This document shows positions 1 through 11,253 of a stretch of 64,000 nt of DNA, in pieces; the stretch's first letter is position 1, and each line of letters begins with the position of its first letter. Origin of the DNA: Octopus sinensis (taxonomy: Eukaryota); NCBI RefSeq assembly GCF_006345805.1, contig NC_043002.1, forward strand, positions 104,036,001 to 104,100,000, given 5' to 3'. The position numbers and the translations under genes are program-made. The notes under the pieces are model-generated. The model was not told the DNA's origin. It searched no databases and saw nothing but the letters and a program-made list of their open reading frames with translations.

Positions 1-545
1 GTTCCTCCTTTCATTCTACTATGATAAAAGTCCATTGACATTACTTGAGTTTTGGGTAGAGATCACCTCGGTGTTCATTAGATTACTGCCGATCGCTTTC
101 CATATACTACGTTTCTAGATATATCAATTAATGCCTCAGTTTTTGCAATAGTAGCTCACGAGTCACTACAGACAGAAGATACGAAAAGGAACGGCTTGGC
201 CTGGCATTACCTGAGTTTTGATTAGAGACGACGAGAGAGACGAATCTTCTTATTGGATGCCCCTGGAGAGTCACAAAAAACATTTATTACGAAGCTTGCC
301 CTTGCAAAGTTAGGCAGCACCAGAACATCGTGGTAGTCATAACTTCCTCTGGGATTGCAGCTACTTTGTTACCCGGTGGCAGGACAGTACACTCGACCTT
401 TAAAATCTTAATATAGCAGCATCCTAGATGCCTTCATGTATCATCAGCAAAAGCTCAGATCAGGGGCAAACACTTAAAAGGTGTCATCTAATCGTCTGGG
501 ATGAGTGCACCATGGCTCACAACATCCTTCATCACAGACACCTGG
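1..545 (+). mobile_element. Helitron Rep/helicase fragment (PIF1-type helicase motifs), degenerate
   Basis: Manual translation: 241-300 RIFLLDAPGESQKTFITKLA (Walker A region, normally DAPGGTGKT). After a 1-nt frameshift comes ITSSGIAATLLPGGRTVHSTFKI, and 488-520 reads LIVWDECTMAH (Walker B). These match Helitron helicase motifs; stops and frameshifts are present. Confidence 0.85.
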
Positions 546-546
546 C

Positions 547-547
547 A

Positions 548-610
<63 letters not shown>

Positions 611-693
611 TAATAATAATGATAATAATAACAATAATAATGATAATAATAATAATAATAACAATAATAACAATAATACTAATAATAATAATA

Positions 694-731
<38 letters not shown>

Positions 732-880
732 TATTAATAATAATGGTGATGATGATGATGATGATGATAATGATAATATAAATAATAATAATAACAACAG
801 CAACAATAACAAAAACAACAACAACAACAGCAACAACAATAATAATAATAATAACAATAATAATAATAACAACAATAAGT
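547..880. repeat. compound (AAT)n/(GAT)n/(AAC)n microsatellite
   Basis: Directly visible trinucleotide arrays; they explain the poly-I/N/L ORFs in the track. Confidence 0.97.
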
Positions 881-904
881 AGCTGTATCTTCCTGTATAC
901 TTGT

Positions 905-1260
905 AACTAAAATGTTAACAATGTGTGGACAACTGCTGGAATGGATTCAGGGCACATTTAAGAGAAAAACAGACGTAAGGAAACGGTATCAAGCTGATGC
1001 TCTTAAAAATAATTATATTGTATATGTCTTCTGTTGCTGCCGGCTACGGTCAAACCATTGTTTGAATATCAATTCTGATTTGGAAACAATCCAGCGATTC
1101 TACATTAAACAGGATTGCTTCCATTACAAACAAGATGTCTTCCACATGAAATATTTCGAGAGGTTGAGATATTCCTGATTTATACCCAAAAGGAGAGACG
1201 GAGATGTGTGCAGTAATGGTCGCTCGGATGATTTCTGAAAAGCAGTCATTTGCCATCTGT
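905..1260 (+). mobile_element. decayed CR1/L2-type LINE, RT C-terminal region
   Basis: ORF 912..1178 (LEWIQGTFK...NSDLETIQRF...HMKYFERLR) plus a frameshifted ERRR resemble the post-RT W-I-x-R-T-F...LE-x-IQR...Y-x-ERL...ERRR pattern of CR1/L2 LINEs. Confidence 0.5.
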
Positions 1261-1664
1261 AGTGAAAGTTAGGACGATGCCCTTACTTGATCCACACTGC
1301 AGAATGTCAAACATTTCTAATCGATCTGCAAATTTATTTATAAATCTTTCTAACATTTACACTTTGTTTCAGAATATTTACATAACATTTACACGTTAAT
1401 AATGGTTCTTTGAATATCAAGCATTTATTTTAACTGGAGGTAGTGCAGGGTTTCGCTTGGGTTTAAAGAAACTCAAACAGAAAGCCACATGCACAATGAA
1501 TTTCTCTTCGTAAATTAATCTGCTGCACAAAATTTACGCTATTTAAGATGCAAACCTGAGGTCGTCAATTTAGAGCGTATATAGTATTATGCATACATGC
1601 ATACGTACATACATAACGCATGCATTAGAACGATAGGGTTATTGAGTATATACATATGAACTCA

Positions 1665-2055
1665 AAGGATATCGGTGGAACTTTGCCATCTAAGTATTTT
1701 GCACACGTAACCGTAACCGACTGGACATTGTTATTTAGGACATACCGGGAAAAGTATGGACCGTTGCAGGGATCAGTGGCCCCGCTAATGTAAATATCTC
1801 TTCAAAAACCGAAGAAAAAAGGGTAGCTTCGTAAAACTGCTTCGAAACCGTCAAACTCCATACTCAGGTTATAAATTCACGTTTATACTAATAATAATTG
1901 ACGCACTTGATTCAGTAAGTAAATACATATGTGACAATCTGGATAAGCAGAGGTTTTCACTAAAAGGAAATCTACCAGCAAGCACTCGGAATACAATAAC
2001 AATCTATAACCAGGAACAGCAAAAACAAAATTTTCTCAAGTTCAACATGTGAATT
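1665..2055 (+). mobile_element. RLE-type non-LTR retrotransposon 3' end (family 2), decayed
   Basis: Manual translation NRLDIVI*DIPGKVWTVAGISGPANVNISSKTEEK...YKFTFILIIIDALDSVSKY...FLKFNM* aligns by eye with the 30080-30535 copy (RPD..D/E..P endonuclease region). Confidence 0.7.
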
Positions 2056-3267
2056 TGTTATTATTTTCTACGTTTCAAAAGTGAAGCTTGTTCCTTAGAG
2101 GAAAACCTCGAATAATTAAAAATAAAAGACTACATATCTATTTACAGAGACATGCATTCACTCTTATATGTTGATATATATACCATTATGAACATAAATG
2201 TCCCACGTTTCGTTCCTATAACAAGAAACTTCAATCAGAATGCAAACATTTCATTAACGTTCCGCGCAATCCATTGACAAGCATCATTGGGATAGTTTTA
2301 TTTCGTATTCTTATAGAGTTAACGTCCTTTCGCTGACTCTGCTGAAATAAACTACCGTCTCTGCTACTGACTGCAGCTGCTGCTTTCGCTTCGAACCATT
2401 TCAACTCTTTCTGCTGCTTCAATGGTTGATAAAAGTAAGGATTGCTGTGGATTTTATGTGTATTCAGATTAGTTATGATTGAGAAGACGTGAGAGCATAA
2501 TCCTTCCGTCTATAAAAAAGAACCACCCAATCCTAAGGAATCGAGTATTTAGCCAGAAATTTTGTTTTGTCGAAAGTAACAGTAGCTAGAATACCTATCA
2601 GGTTCTGAGGAATTAACGACACCGCATGGGTAGGATACATTAGCACCAGTTGACAAGATTAGAAGTGACTTGCATAGGTTACTTCATATAATGTATCAGA
2701 AGTGAAAATGGTTTTGCGTTAGAACGAATGATGACGCTCTCTGGTTTGTTTGGCAGACTTCGGCTACCAATTCCTATAATGAGATTAGACATATACTGCA
2801 TCCACCACCCAGATACATGGCTACAAAATGTTGAACCTAAACTACTGTGAGCTAACCTCTCTCCCTCTCTCCGATTAAGCAATGCAGCACGAATACACAC
2901 CCACATATATTCATACAAGCATAGAGACACACACATACATACATGCATACATGCGTACGTACATATCATGCATGTATATAAGCATAAGCATAGAAACAGG
3001 TATCACACCAGCAAAATGCAATGCATGTGTGCCTATCCCGTAAGGAAAGGGCAAGAACGGCGTTGGCAGGAAGTGTAGCAAATACTAGACCTGGGATAGA
3101 TACATTAAGTCCCAACTAGAAGGTTATGTGTTCGATATCCAGAAACAGGAAATAGCTACTAAATACTTGATAAGAGAAGCAAAGAAACCACGAAACTTAC
3201 ATGTTCTGACAGAAAATGTCGGCTTTGTCTCAACTGGTGTGTTCCTTTTCAACCTTCTACAAACATA

Positions 3268-3310
<43 letters not shown>

Positions 3311-3316
<6 letters not shown>

Positions 3317-3607
3317 AATCAATTTAGGGTAGCAAAAAATTCAATAGAAATTTATCGCTACCAGCGGTCTAGTGGGAAAGAGAAAATAGTCAAAGACTAA
3401 ATATATAAAATTTAACAATTGAGGAATGGACTTAATAGGCCATTCGTCCACTAGAAAGAGCAGCCAGGACTCAAACCGCTAAGTAGTAGTAATTCAGAAA
3501 TTAGGTGAAAATTTTCACCTAATTTCTGAACTAATACTACTTAGCGGTTTGAGTCCTGGCTGCTCTTTCTAGTGGACGAATGGCCTATTAAGTCCATTCC
3601 TCAATTG

Positions 3608-3621
<14 letters not shown>
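3311..3621. repeat. repeat fragment ending in a near-perfect 221-bp palindrome (3401-3621), between two (TA)n tracts; probable PLE-type inverted terminus
   Basis: 3401-3511 is the reverse complement of 3512-3621 with no spacer (centre GGTGAAAA|TTTTCACC), 2 mismatches and a 1-nt indel. Confidence 0.85.
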
Positions 3622-3667
<46 letters not shown>

Positions 3668-3699
3668 ATTGTTCTGCGTTCTTACCGTTATTTTCCTAT

Positions 3700-3912
3700 T
3701 TCCTTTCTTCTTTCTTCTTCTTCTCTTCTCTTCTTCTTGCTTCTTCTTCTTCTTCTTCTTCCTCTTCTTTTTCTCCTCCTTCTTCTTCTTCTTCTTCTTC
3801 TTCTTCTTCTTCTTCTTCTTCTTCTTCTTCTTCTTTCTCTTTTCTTCTTCTTCTTCTTCTTCTTCTCCTTCTTCTTCTTCTTCTCCTTCTTCTTATTCTT
3901 CTTCTCCTTCTT
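3700..3912. repeat. (TTC)n microsatellite
   Basis: Directly visible. Confidence 0.97.
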
Positions 3913-4345
3913 CTTTTCTCTCACCCACTTTGTTGCATTTCCCTTCCGTTGATTTCCATTTTGTACATTTCTTTCTTTCTTTTCCATTTTCTACTTCGTA
4001 ATGTTCACCCCCCCCCCCCCACCCTCGTCTTTTAATCCTACTCAAACTTCTACATTCAGCTCCGCTTGCTTTTTCTTCCTCATCCGCTTCATCAACTCTT
4101 ACTTCTTCCCGCAACTAGTCTCCTTCTCCCCACCCTCCCATCATAGCAACCGTTATTAATGTTGCATCATGTTCACTATGTTTTTTGCAGAACCCTCTCA
4201 ACAATGCTGCTCTCTAAATCTTACAAGATCTCGTGATTGAAGTAGGATTAGGTACATTTTTACAGCAACATTATAAATGAGACAATCAAAATTGATTTTG
4301 ATCATCGTTGAGAGGACGTTCGGCTGCATTAAGCAGTCTCTCTCT

Positions 4346-4397
<52 letters not shown>

Positions 4398-4519
4398 AGA
4401 ATCATGTAATTACATAATTGATGTATGGGATCAAATTTTATATGTTGTCTCTTATCTCACCTTAGAAAACAAAAACACATTGTATATATAATCATATTAA
4501 TTCATTGCATGAAAGCAGC

Positions 4520-5765
4520 ACAAATTGTTGGCTGTCTGTACCCTTATCGCCTTCAAAATATTCTCCATTTGAAGCAATCCACCGGTTCAAACGCGTTTTC
4601 CGTTGTCCGAAGCAATCCTGGGACTCTTCTGACATGATGCTTGTTAACCTCTCCGTCTTTTTTCTTCACCTTTTCCACATCTGCAAAATATTTCCCTTGA
4701 AGGATTGTTCATAGGGAAAAAAGATTGGGTTAATAGTGAGGTTGGGAAACGGGGTGATGCTATTTTTGCTCAAAACCTGTCTTACAGTCAAAGCAGTGCC
4801 CGTAAGAGCATTGTCGTAATGAAACCATCACAATCCACTTTGCCCCAGGCTGGGGCGTTTTCGTCTCACCGCTTCTCACAAAGCTTCAGAAATACCACGT
4901 AATATGTGTGGTTAGCAGTTTGACCAGGAGGAGCAAATTCTGTGCGGACAATTCCTTTCGCATCGCTGAAACACATCAGCATTCTCTTGACATTGGACTT
5001 CACTTAACGTGATATTCGGTGGCGCAGTGACATAGAATACTTCCATTGACTTGATTACTGCTTCGGTCCGAGTCGTAGCCATAGCAGCAGATTTCGTCAC
5101 CAGTGATGATTTTCGAAAAAAGGTCCCAATCCATTTCCAACTGTTCTTTCAGTACACGACATGCATTCAGTCGTGAGTGCTTTTGATCTTCCGTGAGTAA
5201 GCGAAGCACAAATTTTGCTGTAACACTTTTCATTCGCAATTCTTCGCTCAAAATTCGTTGGTAGGAGCTCCACGACACAGTAGTCATATCAACAGTTCGT
5301 CATTTGATCGGCGACTTAGCTCTCAGATCAACTTCATTAATTTTCGAAATGTCTTCATTCGCTCGGACGATCGACAGTCACCTTGAACGAGTTTCGTTTT
5401 CAAATGGCAAGCGACCATTCCTCAAGTATGGAAACCATTTGTAAACTTGTGTTTTGCTCATAGCAGCGTCCATGGAAACTTTTTGAAGCATGATAACTGT
5501 TGTGGCCGCCGTTTACTCCAAAAGCATGCAGAATTTCCAGGAAGCACTGTTCCTTCGTTACAGTCATCGCAAAAATTGACGAATAGGGATAGAAACACTG
5601 CAAAACAAAGACGTAGCACGTGACGGTATGGCTTCCGTGGACGATGTTAGTTGGAAGATTTGTGTCTGAGGGTTGCATCAAGTGGCTACTAACGGCGGGA
5701 GATAGAGCTACAATGGGCTTGTCACACAGAGCGAATTCTCAGCTACTTTGGGGTTTCTTCTGATA
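4520..5765 (-). mobile_element. mariner (Tc1/mariner) transposon, near full length, decayed
   Basis: The minus ORF 5000..5287 (ILSEELRMKSVTAKFVLRLLTEDQK...FSKIITGDE) matches the mariner AKFVPRLLT...TGDE region. Also present on the same strand, with frameshifts: N-terminal MSKTQVYKWF...RNGR, HHDNA, and C-terminal NGEYFEGD. Confidence 0.9.
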
Positions 5766-5783
5766 TATATATATGTATATATG

Positions 5784-5824
<41 letters not shown>

Positions 5825-5867
5825 TATGTATATAATATAACTATTATATATATATAAATATATATAT

Positions 5868-6094
5868 AGGTGCAGGGGTGGTTGTGTGGTAAGTAGTTGC
5901 TTGCCAACCACATGTTTCCGGGTTCAGTTCTACTGCGTGGCATTTTGGGCGAGTGACTTCTACTATATTCTAGGGCCAACCAATGATTTGTGAGTGGATT
6001 TGGTAGATACAAACCGAATGAATCCCATCATGTATATATATATATATATATAATATATATACATACATATACATACATACTCACATATATATAT

Positions 6095-6139
<45 letters not shown>

Positions 6140-6167
6140 GTATATATATATATATATATGATATATA

Positions 6168-6230
<63 letters not shown>

Positions 6231-6455
6231 ATACATTGTCTGTGTTTGAGTGTCCGTGATTGTTTCCCCAACCTCGCTTCACAACCGATGCTTGTCTGTT
6301 TACGTCACCGTAACTTAGCGGTTCGGCAAAGGAAACTAATATAGTAATTAGTAGGGTTACAACGAATAAGTCCTGTAGTCCATTTGCTCGAATAAAGGCG
6401 GTGCTCCAGCATGGCCACAATCGAATGACTGAAATACAAGTATGAGAATAAAACA
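5868..6455 (+). mobile_element. tRNA-derived SINE, family 1, with internal (TA)n expansion
   Basis: Head GGTGCAGGGGTGGTTGTGTGGTAAG...GGTTCAGTTC (A/B-box-like); body and tail GGCGGTGCTCCAGCATGGCC shared with the copies at 6729 and 26062. Confidence 0.85.
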
Positions 6456-6728
6456 AAAGAATATGTATACATATAAGAAAATATGCATATTCATACATTC
6501 CTACACTTATTTATTTAAAAATAGGATAAAATCTTAATAAGAGAATTTAATAAGAAATTATCAGGTAGTTAGCGTGAAAAACTCATAAGAGAAAAAATCT
6601 GTAAATTTTTCCACTTGAAAATATCTATTTATATTATATAGAGGGCATTATTGCATATAAATGCCACACGCTAGGAGGGACTTTTAAAGTCATAACTACC
6701 AAAAAACATTCCTACACTTATATACATA

Positions 6729-7133
6729 CTTTTTATTTTTACTCGTTTCAGTCATTTGACTGCGGCCATGCTGGAGCACCACCTTTAGTCGAGCAAATCG
6801 ACCCCAGGACTTATTCTTCGTAAGCCCAGTACTTATTCTATCGATCTCTTTTGCCGAACCGCTAAGTGAAGGGTATGTAAACACACCAGCATCGGTTGTC
6901 AAGCAATGCTATAGAGGGACAAACACCAACACACAAACACACACACACACACACATATATACATATATACGACAGGCTTCTTTCAGTTTCCGTCTACCAA
7001 ACCCTGTCACAAGGCATTGGTCGGCCCGTGGCTATAGCAGAAGACACTCGCCCAAGATGCCAGCAGTGGGACTGAATCCGGAACCATGTGGTTGGTTAGC
7101 AAGCTACTTACCACACAGCCACTCCTGCGCCTA
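6729..7133 (-). mobile_element. tRNA-derived SINE, family 1
   Basis: The reverse complement starts GGCGCAGGAGTGGCTGTGTGGTAAG; highly similar to 26062-26448. Confidence 0.9.
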
Positions 7134-7162
7134 TTATATATTCCTGACTTTTATCTTCTAAT

Positions 7163-7330
7163 CGGTCCCAGGATCGCAGTTTCGTTTCTCAGACTGGGCG
7201 TTGTGTGTGTTTATTGAGCGAAAACACCTAAAAAGCTCTACGAGGCTCTGGCAGGGGGTGATGTCCTCTATTCACCACAATGGCGGTGCCCCAGCATGGC
7301 CACAGCTCAAGAGCTGAAACTGGAAAAACA
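7163..7330 (+). mobile_element. SINE family 2 fragment plus a family-1-like tail
   Basis: GGATCGCAGTTTCG...TTTATTGAGCGAAAACACCTAAA matches the family 2 copies; GGCGGTGCCCCAGCATGGCCACAGC tail. Confidence 0.55.
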
Positions 7331-7574
7331 AAACAAAACAAAACAACATACCTCGGGCGGTAACTATGCTGGAACACAACCTAGAAATACTCTGCCGTAG
7401 AAATCGATGCCATTGCTGACATCTTTCAACCTGGTATTTATTCTGTCGTTTTCATTGCAGTGGACCGCTAAGTTACGATTAAACAAATCAACACCTATTT
7501 TCACGTGGGAGCGGAGGACAAACACAAAACCATGCACATTATGTGTGAGTGTGAGTGTGTGTGTGTGTGTGTGT

Positions 7575-7615
<41 letters not shown>

Positions 7616-7855
7616 TGTGTGTGCACCCGGGTGTGTATATACTTTGAACTTTCGTTTTCTGTCTGAAAATCCAGGCCCAATTGTTTGTCCGGCACAGGGT
7701 TTTGTATGTGAGCAGCTATTCACGTCTTCACGTGTCCATAGCCATAGGTCATTATAAGATTCAATCGGACCCAGAAATAAATCGATAGTGAGACATGCAT
7801 ATTTCATAGGATTTAAAGGGCAAAAGATTATACCACACTTATTCCACCCTCTCAG

Positions 7856-7993
7856 TCACCAAAGTTGCTTCTAGTGCCAAGGACTACAAGATAACCGCTG
7901 CTATTTTTACTGCAAATTTTACTAGAGCGTCTTCTGCCTCTGGAAAATATATACAGCTCATAGATGTGTTCGCCGCAAGTACTGCCGTTCAGG
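7856..7993 (+). CDS. candidate internal coding exon (138 nt, phase 1-1), product unknown
   Basis: Pyrimidine-rich acceptor TTATTCCACCCTCTCAG and donor CAGG|GTTAGT. Open frame (V)TKVASSAKDYKITAAIFTANFTRASSASGKYIQLIDVFAASTAVQ(G), mostly purine-first codons; the same-register antisense frame is also open. Confidence 0.4.
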
Positions 7994-8969
7994 GTTAGTA
8001 CAAACCTGGGTGTAAAGATAATAAACGGGTGTCCCCACTCAATACACATCTCAACAACTTGAGTCTCCTTGTGTCTTCAAGCATTTCTATTCATTTCAAC
8101 TTCATTGATCCAATAATCTTTATTACATTTTTGCAATGTATCATAAAAAGGATAACTGCTGTATTAATATTATTAGCATTAATCATAGTACTGATATTAA
8201 AATTTAATTAAATTTATTGATTCAATCACGTAGCTATTAGTTTATCCGTTATTATACCAAAATAAAGGGGAAGATTTAATAAGGATCTTCTAGAGTGATT
8301 TTCACTTTGAGTTTATTACAATACACTTTCAGAGCTGGCTGCCATCTTGTCCAACAGATTTCAAAGATAATTTGATAGGGGCCCTCATATTGTGTGGTTG
8401 TGGGTGCTCGTGTCTCTCTGTGTGTAGAAGTTTGCTTTTGTGTGTGTGACTCCTTGTGCATGTGTTTCTCTTTAAAGGGACACATCTTCAGAAAACACCC
8501 ACACAAACATTCCAAAATAGCAACGGAAAATGAAACAGAAAAAAATATTATATACTAGTTTCATGCTGTGATGAAGATAAATTTAACAATTCGAATACGT
8601 TTTGCATTCTATGTTCTACCCCGAGAGAGAGAGAGAGAGAGGAAGGGAAATGAAAAAAAACCCAAATACGTGAATGTGTGTGTATGGGTGTGCACGCGCG
8701 TGTGTGTTTATGCAGTCCTGTAGAGATTTGATTGATAGACATCGGTACTAAATCGGCGGTAACTGACATCTCAGTTCATATAATTTCGCTAAACAAAATT
8801 GGGTTATTAAATTGCAATTTAAAAAGTGAAATTTTTCATCGTATTTATTTATACAAACACAGAAACGCAGACACAGCATACTCACACATACATGATCACA
8901 ATCTGATAAACATATACATAGATACATACACACACACACATATATATATATATGTGTCGGCAGGTGAGG

Positions 8970-9481
8970 AACAAACTTGGCGGAAACAATTCAGGTTTTA
9001 TGGTTACCTGCATGGACCCATACGACAGACCAACAACATCAGCAATATCGTTGATTGTCCTTCGGCGATCCTCATACACACGATGAATTTTCTCTCTATT
9101 TCCAGCCGTGACGCTCCTGTCAGGTCTTCATGATCTGTCATTGTCTTCTAGGAACGTTCTCCAGATTTTGAAACGCTCATGCCACAAGAAACATGGCGTA
9201 CGACTCAATGTCTCGACACCATAAGCTTGTAAAAAGTTTAAAGCAAAATTTCAGGTTGACTTTTTATTCCAGCTTCTTGTCCATGACAACATTCTCAGAC
9301 TACACTATAAACGTGATCACAAAAACACAAATTTGACAACTTGCAAAATGAGCACAGCAATGTCACTCGGCACACTGCTTCATGTAGCTCACTGCCGGCT
9401 CTCACTGTGCGTTCAACCATGTACTCCGAACTGTCGGCGCGCTGCAACAGTACTCCAGGCACTCTTTGAAACCATCTCTTA
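8970..9481 (-). mobile_element. mariner 5' fragment, decayed
   Basis: Minus translation YEDRRRTINDIADVVGLSYGS followed by frameshifted AKFVP. TIR-like end CTCTTTGAAACCATCTCTTA near 9481. Confidence 0.75.
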
Positions 9482-9569
9482 ATGTAATACTATGTACTCT
9501 ATTCGTCTCCCAGTACGCAAGCACACACACACACACACATGTACATATATGCTACTCATATATGTATTT

Positions 9570-9602
<33 letters not shown>

Positions 9603-10869
9603 CTTGTTCATTGGCTTCAAACCTCGTATTCAAAAGCACGTTTTTGTGGGGTTCTTTTACTCTTCAGCCAGAGAAAACTGTGGGAGGTTTCTTAGAATCT
9701 TGCAACAACTTTCGAAATGATTCCCTTGAAATCTCTTCACCTCAAACTTCGTTTAAATCCTCTGCTCTCAAGGAAGAAATATGCATACACACACATAGCA
9801 ACAGGCACAGAAACATACACATACACACACACAGAAACATAGACAGGAACATACACATACACACACATAGCAGAACACGTACTGATACACAAGTACACAC
9901 GCACACATCCCCGTATATAGTTGTTGTACTTCGTCGAGTTGATGTTTCTTGAATTTTGTACTTTGTGAACTGGTTCGTGACCCAATTCCATTCCATCTGT
10001 TGATAGTCTGTTATTGGACAGATTTTGTAAGCCTCGGGGCTTTTCTTTCTTTCTGTTATTGTTATAAAATTCTGAATCTGCTGTCAGATCTATACAAAGC
10101 TCAATGACAAACCAGTCACGAAATTGGACGTGCAGAAAAAGACATCTTCCAAAGTAAAGCATATCATATTGATTAATCTCAAGTACAGACCAGACAGATA
10201 ATTGAACATCAAAGAGAACGCAAAACAAGAAGTTCTTTCTCAAGTGAAAAAGAGATTTAAAGGATGTATTAAGAATCTTCCATCATTTTCTCCATTGGGA
10301 ACACAACTTCGTTTCCATGATATTTAGCCAACATTTAAAAAAAATATCTTAATCTGTATGAAGCAACAATTACGATGCTTCTCCTGGAATTATGTACAGC
10401 CAAATTGTAATCTTTTGAAATTATATCAAAGGTGAGCCGCTATGATGCCACTGGTTGCAGAAGAGAATATATTTCTAAACCCTCCATCATAAATACGTAA
10501 TATTTATTCGTTTTTCACAAAAATATCTGTTAATTAGATATCAAATATATTCTTCTGAAATGGTTATCGCATTGTGATTGTTTAACCTCTACTATAATTT
10601 TCTTAATAACTAATGTGTTATTTCCGTCAACTCTTCTGAGCGTTTTACAGCGAAAGAAAGCTTTTGAGGTGAGAATAATTTGGTCCTGAGGTTTCACATT
10701 CGGAAAAAATATATTAAAAGTTTGCATTCTTCCTTCTGCTTGAAAGAGAATGGCATCGAAATCAACTTGAGCTAGATGTGATTTATATATATATGTAATT
10801 TTAAACTTAACTGAGAAAACTACAAAAATTAAGGTTAATTCGCAACGTCAACTTCGGGACTAAATGATG

Positions 10870-11253
10870 GAAGCACTCCGTCGGTTACGACGACGATGGT
10901 TCCAGTTGATCCGATCAACGGAACAGCCTGCTCGTGAAATTAATGTGTAAGTGGCTGAGCACTCCACAGACACGTGTACCCTTAACGTAGTTCTCGGGGA
11001 TATTCAGCGTGACACAGAGAGTGATAAGGCCGGCCCTTTGAAATACAGGTACAGCAGAAACAGGAAGTAAGAGTGACAGAAAGTTGTGGTGAAAGAGTAC
11101 AGCAAGGATCACCACCATCCCTGCCGGAGCCTCGTGGATCTTTTTAGGTGTTTTCGCTCAATAAACACTAAGGAACGCCCGGTCTGGGAATCGAAACCGC
11201 GATCCTACGACCGCGAGTCCACTGCCTTAACCACTGGGCCATTGCGCCTCCAC
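10870..11253 (-). mobile_element. tRNA-derived SINE, family 2, full length
   Basis: Reverse-complement head GGAGGCGCAATGGCCCAGTGGTTAAGG...GGTTTCGATTCC (A and B boxes); colinear with 36903-37285. Confidence 0.92.

Noticed and set aside
2231-2969. Short ORFs at 2231..2422 and 2679..2969
   Set aside because: No recognisable domain and no consistent splice-site and phase support.
8300-8392. Mariner-like terminal sequence
   Set aside because: Short and degenerate, with no matching opposite end identified.
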